A DNA stretch of 35,435 nt, from positions 59,713 through 95,147 of the forward strand of contig CALSCP010000281.1 of the NCBI GenBank assembly GCA_943704425.1, in the 5' to 3' direction. Source of the DNA: Ministeria vibrans ATCC 50519. Lineage: Eukaryota; Protista; Filasterea. Below the pieces are notes generated by a model. That model was not told where the DNA came from, searched no databases, and was given only the letters and a program-made list of their open reading frames with translations. Of the stretch, positions 1 to 17,300 are shown piece by piece; position 1 is the first letter of the stretch; each line of letters begins with the position of its first letter. The position numbers and the translations under genes were made by a program.

Positions 1-53
1 CCCCCTCTCTCTCTCTCTCTCTCCACCACTTTGTTTCTTCCCCCCTCCTCTCA

Positions 54-1286
<1,233 letters not shown>

Positions 1287-1408
1287 GTGAGCAACTAGAA
1301 AAATTTATGAGTGAATAGTAAAAAATATCATAATCATTTATTTTGATAATCATCTTCATTTCTTTTGATTCTTCATTGATAAAATAATTGAGTTGGTCGC
1401 CTCTTAGT
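1287..1408. promoter_or_regulatory. Putative bidirectional promoter between WDR5 and the EF-hand/ARM gene
   Basis: 122 bp AT-rich spacer between divergent ATGs (1286 on -, 1409 on +), rich in TGATT/AATCA and TGATA/TATCA words. Confidence 0.55.
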
Positions 1409-5799
<4,391 letters not shown>

Positions 5800-5958
5800 C
5801 AGACAGTAGTAGTAGTAGTAGTAGTATAAAAGAAAATTCTTCAAAATCTGTACCGTACCTGTACCAATTCTATGCTTATCTCTCTTTTTATTCTCTCTTC
5901 CTGTTCTTTTTTTCTCTCTCTTTCACTGACTGTCATTTTGTTTTTGGCTCCCTCTCCG

Positions 5959-8900
5959 TTATGCGTACATCTTCTGAACACTATCAGGCAATTCCAAAGC
6001 GCCCGTTGTAAAAAATGCCATCTTTTGCCTGTAAGTTTGCAACACAATTTTTTCACATCACATCAAAATGTTGCTTCTTCACGGTGTTTCCTCCGTACCT
6101 GAATGTGAGCGCATCGGGATCATTCGTCTGCTGCTGCTTCATCGTTACAAACGATTTAACCGACTTGCGACGCGCCAGCTCGGCCTTGGACATGCGTGTG
6201 CGTTGGGGCACCGTAGTGACTGCGCCCGTGACAGACGCACCGGACCCCTCTGCTGCTGTGGCTGTCTCCTCAAAGGCCCCCAGCAGTTTTTGCGTCTTCT
6301 CCTCAAAAAACCACCTTCAAACAGAGACATACGAAGGATGAGAAGAGAGAGAAAGAGGAAGTGAGAACTTTTCAACGATTGCAGAGATAACATAGTGAGA
6401 CACAATAAGTGCTAGTTGACTCGTACGAGGGCAAATGAACAAGACCACCTTTGCGCTTGACGTCCATTTCGCGATTGGCACTAGGTCGGAATGCAGATGA
6501 AGTGGACACTGGGAGGGTCATGGACGAGCCGGGAGAAGAAGACACCGCCGCCTCCGCCGCCGCCGCCGCCGCTCTGTGTGATGAGTCGCGACTGCGCTTA
6601 CGACGTGTCAGCTCTACTTCGTCGACCGCGGCGCTTAGCGAGCGTTCCATCGAATTCTTGAGTTGGCGTAAGTGTGCGACTTCATCATGAGACTCGCGCG
6701 CACGCATCTTCACAGCTTGCAAGTCAAGTTCGTACGAGAGGCCCGTGCGCTGACTGCTCACACTTGCTTGGCCGTGGTTATCTGCCATCACCGTCTGAAT
6801 AGTGTCCGACAATCCCGAGAGCGAGCGGTCAAGAAGGCGTTCGCGCGCAGACAGTGACGGTGCAGACATCGACGAGGGCGACGACGGTGGTCGTACCGCG
6901 CTGTGTGGTGCGGCAGTGGTGGTAGTAGCGGCAGTGTGTGTCCGAGTCACATTGGTATTGTCGCTGTTCGCCTGAGTCGTTCGCTTCGCCTGAGCCACCG
7001 CGTCAGAGATGGATACAATGCCAAGCTCGCCACGCTGCGGCGGACGACGGCCCACTCCCTCAATGGTGGGTGAAAGCGTACGCGTGGACGAAGTGGACGT
7101 CTGACCCTGCGATGAAGATACGGGGCTCAGGGAACGTTCAAAAGACACTTGGCGCAAGGGTAAGCTGGAGGGAATGGGGGAGGACGCGGCGCGACTTTCA
7201 GTGCCGTGTTCGAAAGTTGGACTGACAACGGGACTCGAAGAAGTGAAAGAACGACGGGAACGCGCAACAGCCTCGCTCACCGACACTGTCTCTGCCTCGC
7301 CACGTTCAGGGGCACGAAGACGCGACGATGGCGGCGCCAGTGATGGTGCGCTCAATGCCGTGGTAGGCAGCGCCGTTGAGAGGGACATGGGAGGTGGCGG
7401 GGGCGGTCCGGATGAACTTGAGTGGGATGAAAATGTCGGCAAGGGAGCGGTATAGGGTACAAATGTTGTTGAGGACACGCTGTTGGTAGTTTTCGAGGGG
7501 ACCCTGGTGGTGGAAGCGATCGGAGGAGGAGGTATGGTGGAAAAGGGAGGGGCATGTGAAGGCGAAGGAGAGCCCACTGGTGGGCCTCGGGGGCTCGCCG
7601 ACGCAATCGGCGGCGGTGTCGCTGCTGTTGCTGCCACAGAAGACTTTTGCGGCAATGAATCTCCTTTTGCCTTGGCCTTGACAAGGTAGTCGCTGGGCGG
7701 TAGTTCCCACTTGTCGTCTACGCCCCCAATCTCCTCGCCCCCACTACCGCTGCTTCGACTCGAACGTCCCAAGGAGCCTACTGAGTATTTACGGCCAAAC
7801 GCCGAAAAGGTCGCCGTGGACGTGAGCGAGCCAGATCGATGGGCGGGCGCAGCAGACGAGGCTGCAGGAATAGGTGGCGCGGTGGACTGCTGTGCAAATG
7901 TAACAATAGGCGACGCACCCGCCACTTTGGCCTGCTCCACTTCGTGCAGCTGTCCCACCGCCGCTTGTGCGGCACGCTGAGCCATCTCGCGCATGCCACG
8001 GTAGTCTTCCGCACGCTCAATGAGCTCCTCTTCGCTGTAGCGTCGAAGATTGCTGTTGCTGCCAGCGGCAGCGACGACTGCCGCTGTTGCTGCACTTGAT
8101 GGCACCACGACGTGCATTAGGTCGGACGAGTCGACTGTTTCCGCGAGCGCCTGTAGCTGCACCCGGCCATCGCCCGCAAGCTTGACGGCCACAACATCGT
8201 CGGGTTTGAAAGCGCCTGAGAGATCCTGGCCGTCACCAGCGTCCGATAGAGTTGCAGCAGCAAGAGCATCCATGCGCTGTGAAAGCATGTCTCGGATTTG
8301 GCGCACCGACTCGTCGCCCGCCCCCTCGTCGCCCAGACTGTCAAGCTTACCAAACTGATCGTGGAGCATGAGCAGGTCGGCGCGCAACTTTTGCTTTTCG
8401 TCCTCTTCCGTCTTGAGCTGTTGGCGCAGCTCTTGAATTTCCTGCACCGCATTGCGTGCCTCCATCACCGAGTAGGTTCCGTTGCGATCGAATCGCTCGT
8501 CGACATTGTGAAGGATATTGATCCCTTCGCGCTGTTGCGCCAGCTCGAGACGTTTGCGCTCCATGTCGCGTCGCAGATCTTCCACACGCATGCGCGCACG
8601 CTCTAGCTCCGCGTGCACCTCGGCAATGTCAAATTTGCTAGGACCCACAATGTGCACAAGAGCACTAATGACATCGTGCGCGACGGTTGCCTCCATCTCA
8701 AAGTCAAAATCGTCGTCATCATCGTCCTCGACACCAGCGTGATGTGACGTCGCAGACTCGTCGCCACTCCTCTTATGCTGCTGCGACGGGTCGACAATCG
8801 CTTCGTCGTCACCAACACCCATGCTGCGCGTGTTTACTGCGACCCTTTGCCGTGACGACAGCGACGACGTCGTCGACGACGACGTCTTGGTCACAACAAC

Positions 8901-10035
8901 TTTGCGGTTCTTCTCGCGCATCTGCTGTTCCGACTTGGCATTGGCCCGAGCCCGACGTGCAGCAGTAGGCTCAAGAATGTCAAGTCCGCCGTCGGAAAAG
9001 CCGGCGTACACCTCGGCGGTGATGCGAGAGTAGCGATGTTCGGCTTTGCGCAAAGCGCGCTCACGCTTCTCCGCCTCGCGCAGCTCCTCGGCGTACTGCA
9101 GCTCTGCCTCGCGCAAGAACTCCTTCAGCATCTCTTGTTGTTTTTGACGCCATTGTACACGGGGATCCTCCAATTGGTTTGTCTTGCGATTGTGATCTAT
9201 ACAGCAAAGGAAAACAAAAGTGAGCAAAAGAAATCGTACAAAGTGAATTACCAATGAAATATTCGCCGACGACGGGATCTTGTGCGGTGTCCCAGCCAAA
9301 AGGAAGCTCGTCGCCAACGCACTCGGAGATGTCTTTCTTCTTGGTGAGCTCGTCTCGTGGATCAACTGAATGACAAAGAAAGAGCAAAACAGAGAACACC
9401 AAAACAAATCATGAGATTATGTTTCAGTGTGTCTGTGTGCGATATGGCCAGCAGAGAGGTCGTGTACGAGCGGAAAGATGCGGGATTGGCTGGGAGAGAA
9501 AGACAGATGGTTGCAGGAGAGGGAGAGAGAGAGGAGAGCGATAAGGGAGAAGGCGACATGAGTGCACTCAATCAGTGTCGATCGATAACCCCCCAACAGA
9601 CATCGTCTGTGATCATTGATCCTTGCAATGTATAGTGAAAGGTCTCTGTGCAACCTTTCAGTCAGGGCTTTCCGCTCGCGGGTAGTAGGAAATGGGAGTT
9701 TGAGAGCCCTTTTGGTAGTGAGATGCATTTTTTTTGGGTGTGCTCTCCCTCTCTCATTCTCTCACTCATTCTCTCTGTCTCTCTTGCGTACCCCATGACG
9801 TAATCTTATCACGCTTGTTGATGAAGAAGCGCCGGCCGTCGGGGGTGTGGCAGACATCCCACCAGGCGGGCAGGAGCATTCCGCTGGGATGGAAGAGCGG
9901 ATCGTCCGCGTCGCCGAGTCCCTGGCACTCAGACGAGGTTAGGCTGTCGTGCGACGGCTCCCGGTACTGCGGGGCGCGACGCGGACTCGCGTCCGGAGCG
10001 GGGAACTCGTCTCCGTCCGTCTCGCTGAAGCTCAT
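5959..10035 (-). CDS. KIBRA: KIBRA/WWC-family Hippo pathway scaffold (tandem WW + coiled coils, no C2 domain), ~1137 aa
   Basis: Exons 10035-9792, 9365-9252, 9196-6427, 6314-6099, 6028-5959 (3414 nt). Tandem WW: LPAWWDVCHTPDGRRFFINKRDKITSWVDPRD...ECVGDELPFGWDTAQDPVVGEYFIDHNRKTNQLEDPRVQWRQKQQEMLKEFL. KIBRA-like coil KFDIAEVHAELERARMRVEDLRRDM...EKQKLRADLLMLHDQF. C-terminal RTGLSYELDLQA, LPSWFFEE and TFRQKMAFFT match the WWC motifs RTSLDLELDLQA, LPQWL and SFREKMAFFT. Confidence 0.92.
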
Positions 10036-10222
10036 GCCGGAAATACAAAGGAATTGTGATTATTATTTTAATATCTGTCGCGGAGATTTCTCTTTTTTCT
10101 TTGGGATGCACAAAATATTTTACACTCAGTCGTCTATTGTATGTGACAAAAACTAAAATGAACATAATTATCATTTAAAAGTATATATGATACAGTTGAG
10201 TATTTTGGGTTGTATTTCTTTT

Positions 10223-11613
10223 CTACACTTGCGGCAGCCAAAAACCAAGGGAGGCGGATGCAGTGGCAACCATGAGATGCTTCGGGTTGACAGCGACAAA
10301 TTCGGTGGGATTGGAGTGCGCATGGAGGTCGACAATGGGCTCGCCCGAGTCGGTGCGCCACACGTGAACGGGCCCCGAATCGGAACCACACAACACATGC
10401 CGTCCGTCGGGGGAGAAGCGCGCGTGCAGTGATGCGCGACTGTCGTTGCTCTGGCCAGTCAACACACGCAGTGGGTTCTCCGCATTCTCCGCGACACCTG
10501 AAGAAGAGAAGCAATAATAATATTAAGAGTGTTAATAGTAATAATAATAATAATTATTATTATTATTATCAGTATTATTATTAAAATTAATTATATGTAA
10601 CGGGCACGGTGAAAGTCATTGCTGTACCGTCAAATGCGTCGACAAGGTAACATGAGGTGGAGTCGGTTGAGAGCAACAGGAGCTTTCCGTCGTGGCTCAC
10701 TTCAATGCCACAGAGAGAGTCTTCTTTGGCGGCGACGTGACGCGACAAGTTGAACGTGGCAAAGGGCCCCTCGTCAAAGTTACACGTGTCGTACAGCTTT
10801 ACCTCCATTGTGCCACAGCTGGTGCTGCTCACGCCCACGACAAACACTTTGCCTTGTGGGTCGTAGGCGACGACAGTCTGTGCCGAGGCAAGCATCGACG
10901 GAAGCTGAAGGAGCCCTTGGCAGTGGGGCGAGCGAAGATCCCACAGTCGCACGACGCCGTCGGCACCGGCGGAGAGAAACGTATCGTTGATGGGCGACAT
11001 TGCAATGTCACGAACTCTACATAAGTATTGTGTACTTTAGTGGAGTGTACGCTTTTAAGTGGACAACCATCGCTCCATGTTGAGGGGAGTCCTTGGATGT
11101 GTTGAGTGGCGTACCGTTCGGTGTGTCCGACAAAGTAGCGCAAATACTTGTTGTCGTGCAGTGACAAGTAGCGAATTGTGTGATCCTTCTTCGTTGCCGA
11201 GTGCAAGATGGCGCTCGGGTGGTGTGTGCAAGTGACATTGGAGACACCGTACTTTTTACTGTAAATCATGGTTTTCGGTCTAACGAGAGAGAGGAGAGAG
11301 GAGAGAGGAGAGGAGAGAGGAGAGAGGAGAGAGGAGAGAGGAGAGAGGAGAGAGAGAAAGTGATGAGCTGCGAAACGTCAAGAAACGAACACCGTACGCG
11401 CCGTTTAGGCAATCATAGAGGTGAATACTGTCATCGTCACGACTCACTACAAGTGTCTCTCCATTGGCGTTGAAAGACATTGAGTTGACGCGAGAGGTCG
11501 AGTCGAAAACCTAAAGGAAAGGAAATGAGTGCGCACTTTCGTGCATGCGCGTGTGTGGTCCTCACCTTCGACAGCTTCAGCGATTGAAAGATCTGTTCGC
11601 TGAGTCGAGGCAT
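10223..11613 (-). CDS. WDR82: WD40-repeat protein WDR82/Swd2 (SET1/COMPASS and PP1-PNUTS subunit)
   Basis: Spliced gene starting MPRLSEQIFQSLKLSK|VFDSTSRVNSMSF. Contains SRDDDSIHLYDC, YSKKYGV, DHTIRYLSLHDNKYLRYFVGH, MSPINDTFLS, VRLWDLRSPHCQG, GPFATF and ARFSPDGRHVLCGSDSG, and ends ATASASLGFWLPQV-stop. Confidence 0.93.
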
Positions 11614-11728
11614 GGTGAAGGAGAAAGAGGGGGGAAAGCCAAAAAAAGTGAGCTGTGTCAGCTGTGTGATGATTATTCACTGATCAGTTTCACACAATCA
11701 GTTTTTTAAGAATTCGAAAAACTAATCA
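11614..11728. promoter_or_regulatory. Putative bidirectional promoter WDR82/HSD17B10
   Basis: 115 bp between divergent ATGs, with TGATT/AATCA words and a short palindrome ACTGATCAGT. Confidence 0.55.
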
Positions 11729-12682
11729 ATGTTGAAAAACGTGTCGGCTCTTGTGACGGGAGGTGCCTCGGGCTTGGGACTTGCGACGGTGCGTCGGATT
11801 GTCGCCAATGGAGGCTCTGCGTCAATTCTGGATTTGGCTTCATCGCCCGGAAAGGTTTGTCATCAATGCAATGTTGGTTCGCATCGACGCTCACTCTCGT
11901 CTGCTCGCTCCGCAGGCTGTCGCGGCCGAGCTGGGCGACCGATGTCGGTTTTTTGAATGCGACATTACGCAAACGGAGCAAGTGGAAGCTGCGATTGCCG
12001 GCACGCAGGAGGCCTTTGGTCTGCTCAATGCGTCGATCAACTGCGCCGGCATTGGCATTGCGGTGCGCACTCTCTCCTCCAAGGGCCCCCACCCCCTCGA
12101 CAGCTTCCAGCGCGTCATCAATGTCAACTTGGTGGGCACCTTCAACGTCGTGCGGCTCTCTGCGCAGGCCATGGCCCAGAACGACGCAGGCACTGCAACC
12201 GACGGCGAAAGTCGCGGCGTCATTGTGCAGACGGCGAGCGTCGCGGCTTTCGATGGTCAGTGTGGCCAGGCCGCGTACACTGCTTCAAAGGTACGCTTCT
12301 TACCACACATGTAGACTCAGCAACACCATGACCGACCGTCGCTCAGGCTGCCCTGGCCGGCATGACGCTTCCTCTTGCCCGTGACCTGGCCAAGTCGGCC
12401 ATTCGTGTGTGCACCATTGCGCCTGGTCTTTTCCGCACCCCCCTTCTCATGTCGCTCCCGGACAAGGCAAGATATGAAACACAATCCGACGGATTTATTC
12501 TCACCCTCTACACACACGCGCGCTTCATTCAGGTCCAAACTGCTCTAGCGGCCACCGTGCCCTACCCGGCGCGCCTGGGCAACCCCGACGAGTACGCCAT
12601 GCTCGTCGAATCTATTGTGCTCAACCCCATGCTCAACGGCGAAACTATTCGCATCGACGGCGCTATTCGAATGATGCCTTGA
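11729..12682 (+). CDS. HSD17B10: 3-hydroxyacyl-CoA dehydrogenase type 2 (short-chain dehydrogenase; HSD17B10/scully)
   Basis: TGGASGLG Rossmann motif, [45 protein letters not shown] (YxxxK), [38 protein letters not shown]-stop. Three short introns, the last GC-AG (12467-12532). Confidence 0.93.
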
Positions 12683-12737
12683 ATATTCTGTCCAAATATA
12701 ATTATGATTATAAAAGCTTTATAAAAATTTATCACTC

Positions 12738-12738
<1 letters not shown>

Positions 12739-12825
<87 letters not shown>

Positions 12826-13062
12826 CACCTTGCTCTATCACTGTGTTTATCTCTTTGTTCTCTCTATCTTTTTGTTTCTCTCTTTGTTTTTTCTATTACT
12901 TTTTATTACTTTGCTCTATCATTTTGTTTATCTCTTTATTCTCTCTATCATTTTGTTTCTCTCTTTGTTTTTTCTATTACTTTTTATTACTTTGCTCTAT
13001 CGTTTTGTTTCTCTCTTTGTTTTCTCTATTACTTTTTTATTACTTTGCTCTCTCTATCACCT
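12739..13062. repeat. (CT)n microsatellite followed by an ~81-bp tandem repeat (about 2.7 copies)
   Basis: CT run 12739-12822, then units starting c[c/t]ttgctctatc... at about 12828, 12909 and 12990. Confidence 0.85.
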
Positions 13063-13117
13063 CTTTGTTTCACTCACACACACACTTTATTTTTGCTCTC
13101 TTCATTGTTGGCAATAG

Positions 13118-13872
13118 CTACTTTGAGTGCACAGTGGCAGACATTGTGTGTGGAGTGCACCAGAGCAAAACGGGAACACTGCAGAACAGTGAGTGTCCTC
13201 AGCGCAACAATGGAACGCTCACAGTGCGCGCCGAAGAACTTATGGAAGGAAAGCAGTCGGTGCGACTTGATTTCAGAGCCGCCAAGTTGGATCGAAAGGA
13301 TTTCTTTGGAAGTACGAAAAGAGAAGACTCGAAGAAAGAAGTTGAAGTTTTCTGTTTAGTGGGGAAAAGTGACCCTTTTCTGCGAATCAGTCGAGCCAAC
13401 GGTACGCCTACAGTCAAAGAGAGAGATAACTTACATGATATTGTCAACAGAGGATGGAACATTCACAGTGGTGCACGAGACCGAATACTACAACAGCAAA
13501 TTGGATGTCGACTGGCGCCCCTTTAGTATCAACTCACAGACACTCTGCAACGGAGACCCTCATCGGTACACAAGCTCAGGGTGCATATTAAGAGTCGAAT
13601 TGTGTTTCATTGATTAAAAGAATGAGCGAGGAGAGAATGAGTGAGTGAGAGACCAATATTTCACTCCACACTCATACAACTCACTTGTTTTGTGTGTCTT
13701 GTGTGTGTGTGTGTGTGTGTTCAGCTCTCTTCTCCTGGCAGTGTACGACCATGACAACGACGGCACCCACGACCTCATCGGCACCGCAACCACATCATTG
13801 GCTGACCTGCAGGCTTCGCATGTGCCCCAGTGGGATCTTATCAACCAAGACAAGAAGAAGAAGAAAAAATCG
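13118..13872 (+). CDS. Copine fragment (end of C2A, linker and C2B only; no start, no vWA domain visible)
   Basis: Four internal exons: [10 protein letters not shown]...[10 protein letters not shown]...[32 protein letters not shown]...[15 protein letters not shown], and [20 protein letters not shown]...[12 protein letters not shown]. These are diagnostic copine C2B motifs. Flanked by a microsatellite and an N gap. Confidence 0.85.
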
Positions 13873-14029
13873 GTATCATTCTTATTTTCAGTATTATTCG
13901 TTTGACTCCATTATATTTCTTTTGATTTGTCTGTTTGTTTGTGATTGTAAATTTTGTTGATATTTTCTCTCCGTGTGATTAGCTCTCACTCTTTCTGTCT
14001 GTCACACCCAATCAGTCTGACAGATATCT

Positions 14030-14183
14030 TTCTCTCTCTCTCTATCACTTTGTCTCTCTCTCTATCACTTTGTCTCTCTCTCTATCACTTTGTCTCTCTC
14101 TCTATCACTTTGTCTCTCTCTCTATCACTTTGTCTCTCTCTCTATCACTTTGTCTCTCTCTCTATCACTTTGTCTCTCTCTAT
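14030..14183. repeat. 20-bp minisatellite (TCTATCACTTTGTCTCTCTC)n ending at the assembly gap 14184-14191
   Basis: About seven consecutive near-perfect copies, seen directly. Confidence 0.95.
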
Positions 14184-14349
14184 NNNNNNNNTCGTCTATG
14201 GCAATCCTATCGCTGTCTTTTCGCCCCCAAACGCTTCACGTGCGATTGATCGTTGATTCCCAAAGGGTCAGTTCGCGTGCGACTCCCGCATGCAACACTG
14301 GCCCACACTGACCCCCCTTCCCACCTCCGTGTGTACCGTCTCTGCGTAG

Positions 14350-17300
14350 GTGCAAGAGATGCGCAACGACGTGACGGCGGCTGAAGAGCGATCGGTGCGT
14401 CGCTGGCTCGGCTCGCTGGTGGCCGAAAACGACAACCCCGACCAGGCCATTGACAGAGTACGCCCCTATCCACACCTCTTGTTCTTCTTCTCCACTCTTC
14501 TTCTTCTTCTTCTTCTTCTGCGTTTTTTTTTTTCACTCGGTGTGTCTTTGTGAACTTATTATATCATTGCTCTTTCTCTGGCGCTGTAGGAGGAAGCAGT
14601 GCAGCACGTCATTGCTGCGCGAAACCGTGCGACACAGGCGGAGCGAAAGCTCAAGGTTTGGCTCACACGGAGCAAGGATGGCCTGTTCTAATCCATCGTG
14701 TTGTGTCCCGTGATGTGTAGGTGCTGGAAGAGAAGATTAGTAAGCTGCTCAACGACGACGGTCCCTATGCGGCACCCGTCAAGATTGGCAAGGCCGTTCT
14801 TGTCGACTACGATGTAAGCGACACAGCCAGGCGATGAAGAGATGTAAACCATTTTGTTTCTTTTGTCTCGTTTCTAGCCGAATGTGGAAGCACAGTTTTC
14901 GAACAAGAACTTTGCGCCGGGCGCAGTGATTGTGGACGGACAATTGTACGCCGATCCGAACTCGGCAATGCGACGACAAGGTGGTCAGTCGGTGCAGACA
15001 CTAATGGCCCAACCCGACGACATTTACGCGACCACAGCCTACTACGAGGACAACGCGCCCGAAGAACAAGAGGTGTACGCCAAGCCGGTGCGCGCAGGTG
15101 GTGGTGGTGGTGGTGGTGGTGGTGGTGGTGGTGCAGGAGGTGGCGCACGCAGCGGTGCTGGTGGTAGCAGCAGCGCCGGTGGTGGTGGCAAGTCTGGTGG
15201 CGACGCTGGCTTTGGCGGCGACCAACTGGAGTTTTATGAGGACGACGATGCCGAGGACATGTTTGTCAATGTGAGCGCCCAGGAGGCTGCGGATGAAGAC
15301 GACGAAGAGGAGGACACTGACGTGCTGGACAAGGCGTTGGATCCCAAGGAGAAGCAGCGTGAGGAGATGAAGAAGAAGAACAAGTTGAAGATCAAGGTGG
15401 GGAAGGCAGAGGAGCGCGACGAGGCCGGACGACGCACGGTGAAGCGCGAGCGACTCGAGCTCAATGGTTACCTCACGATGCAGGGACAAAAGAACAAGCG
15501 CTCGTGGAAGCGACTTTTCTTTGTGCTGCACGGTCGCGTGTTGCTGTACTACAAGAGTGCAGAGGACATTGAGGCGAAGGAGGCGCCCAAGCCGCTGGGT
15601 CGCATCAACGTGAGCAATTTTAGCAAGATTGCGCGCGTCAAGAACGACCAGAAGGGCCACTGCTTTGAGATTCGCACGCCCACCGAGGCTTTTGTCTTTA
15701 GCGGCGACAGCAAGGAGCAGCGTAACGAGTGGGTCAAGGTGCTGAATCTGGTGCAGAAGAGCACGGCCGAGCGATCGCGTCCCGAGGACAACGGCACCGC
15801 CATGCGCGGTTGGATGACCAAGGTGAAGCGCGGTCGTCTGGCTCATCGCTACTTTGTTCTGGTGGGCCGTGTGCTCTACTACCATCGCCGCGAGACGGAC
15901 CTCATTCCATCAGGCGAGCTCTTCCTCCTTGACGCTCGCGTCGAAGACGTCGACCAGCTTGAGTATTCGGACAAGGAAGAGGACATTGGCGATTACCACG
16001 TCTTCGGTCTGCGCACTCGTCACTCTCTCTACCATCTTGTCGCACCCACCAGTGAGGAGAAGGACAAGGTATGGATTGTTTTTTTTTTTAAAAAACTGTC
16101 GCGCGCGCTCATGTATTTACACGCTTTCGATATGATTATTTTTAGTGGATGTTCTTCATTGTGGGCGCTAGCAACTCGTCGCAGCTTCTTTTGCGCACAG
16201 ACACCGAGCGCATCATTGCGGCATTGCGTGACAACGGCAATCGCATCAGAGACCCTATTCTCAAGTCTATGACCGTCTCTTACGACCCCGATCCCATCAA
16301 CGAGTCGCTCACGACCCTGCCCACCAAGGAGATGGAGACTGTCGCACTCGATGTGTGGAGGTGGATCACCGAGTACATGTCGACGCCTATCAACTTGGAC
16401 GCGCCCGAAGGTCACATTGAGCTGGTGCGCAAGATCATCCAGGCCAACATTGACATGGTCGGCCTGCACAACGAGACGTACTGTCAGCTCATCAAACAGA
16501 CCAACAGCACCGGTTCTATGTTCGCCAGTATGTCAAAACTGTGTGTATCTGCATTGGGACTGATAATTCATTAATTTTTTCTTGTAGGCAATGCTCCTCA
16601 CATTGTCGTGCAGGGATGGCAACTGCTCACCGTCTGCATTGGGTGTTTCCTGCCTACACGCAACATCCTCAGCTACCTCAAGCTCCATCTCGAGCGCAAC
16701 GGAGACTCTGATGTCCAAGAGAATGTCGGTGTGCAAAAGGAAGCTGCCTACTCTCTCAAGGTATATATTTATGTGTTCTTTTCTCTATATCGCTTTGTCT
16801 TTTTCTCCATTGCTTTGCTCCGTCTCCCTTTGTTCTCTTACTCCTTTTCTCTCCCATTTTCTCCCTTTCTTGACGCATCGTTATTTTTTTTTTTGCACTT
16901 TTTAGGCCTTGAAGCGAACTTTGGCGATGCGTGGACGCAAGAAGACGCCGTCGAAGATGGAGATTCTGGCGCACATGAAGGGTCGTCATACGGAGTATGC
17001 ATACGCGATGACGGTGGTTATCTATTTGATGAACGGTGCGTCCGTCGAGGTGGGCTTTGACGCGTCGTCGACTTGTGCAGAGCTGGCGCAGCGCGTGTGC
17101 AAGGAGCTCAACATGCGCAACATCAACCAGAATGGGTTTGCGCTGTACCGCGAAGGGCGATCGCTCAAGGGCAAGCTCAAGTTGTCGGATTTGGTGCGCG
17201 AGTGGGAACAGGTCGAGCCGGACATTCACAACAACTTGGCGCTCACATTTAAGCGCCGGCTCTTCTTCAAGAACAAGAACCGCGTTGACGACGACAATAT

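Noticed and set aside
14040-14183. TCTCTATCACT resembles a tet operator half-site, and the 20-bp array superficially resembles a TRE or CRISPR array
   Set aside because: There is no full tetO palindrome and no unique spacers. The word derives from the local GA/CT satellite.
15001-15885. Long antisense or alternative-frame ORFs (15001-15885, 16756-17421, 30513-31952, 34722-35357 and others)
   Set aside because: They are shadows of GC3-rich coding exons and show no recognisable motifs.
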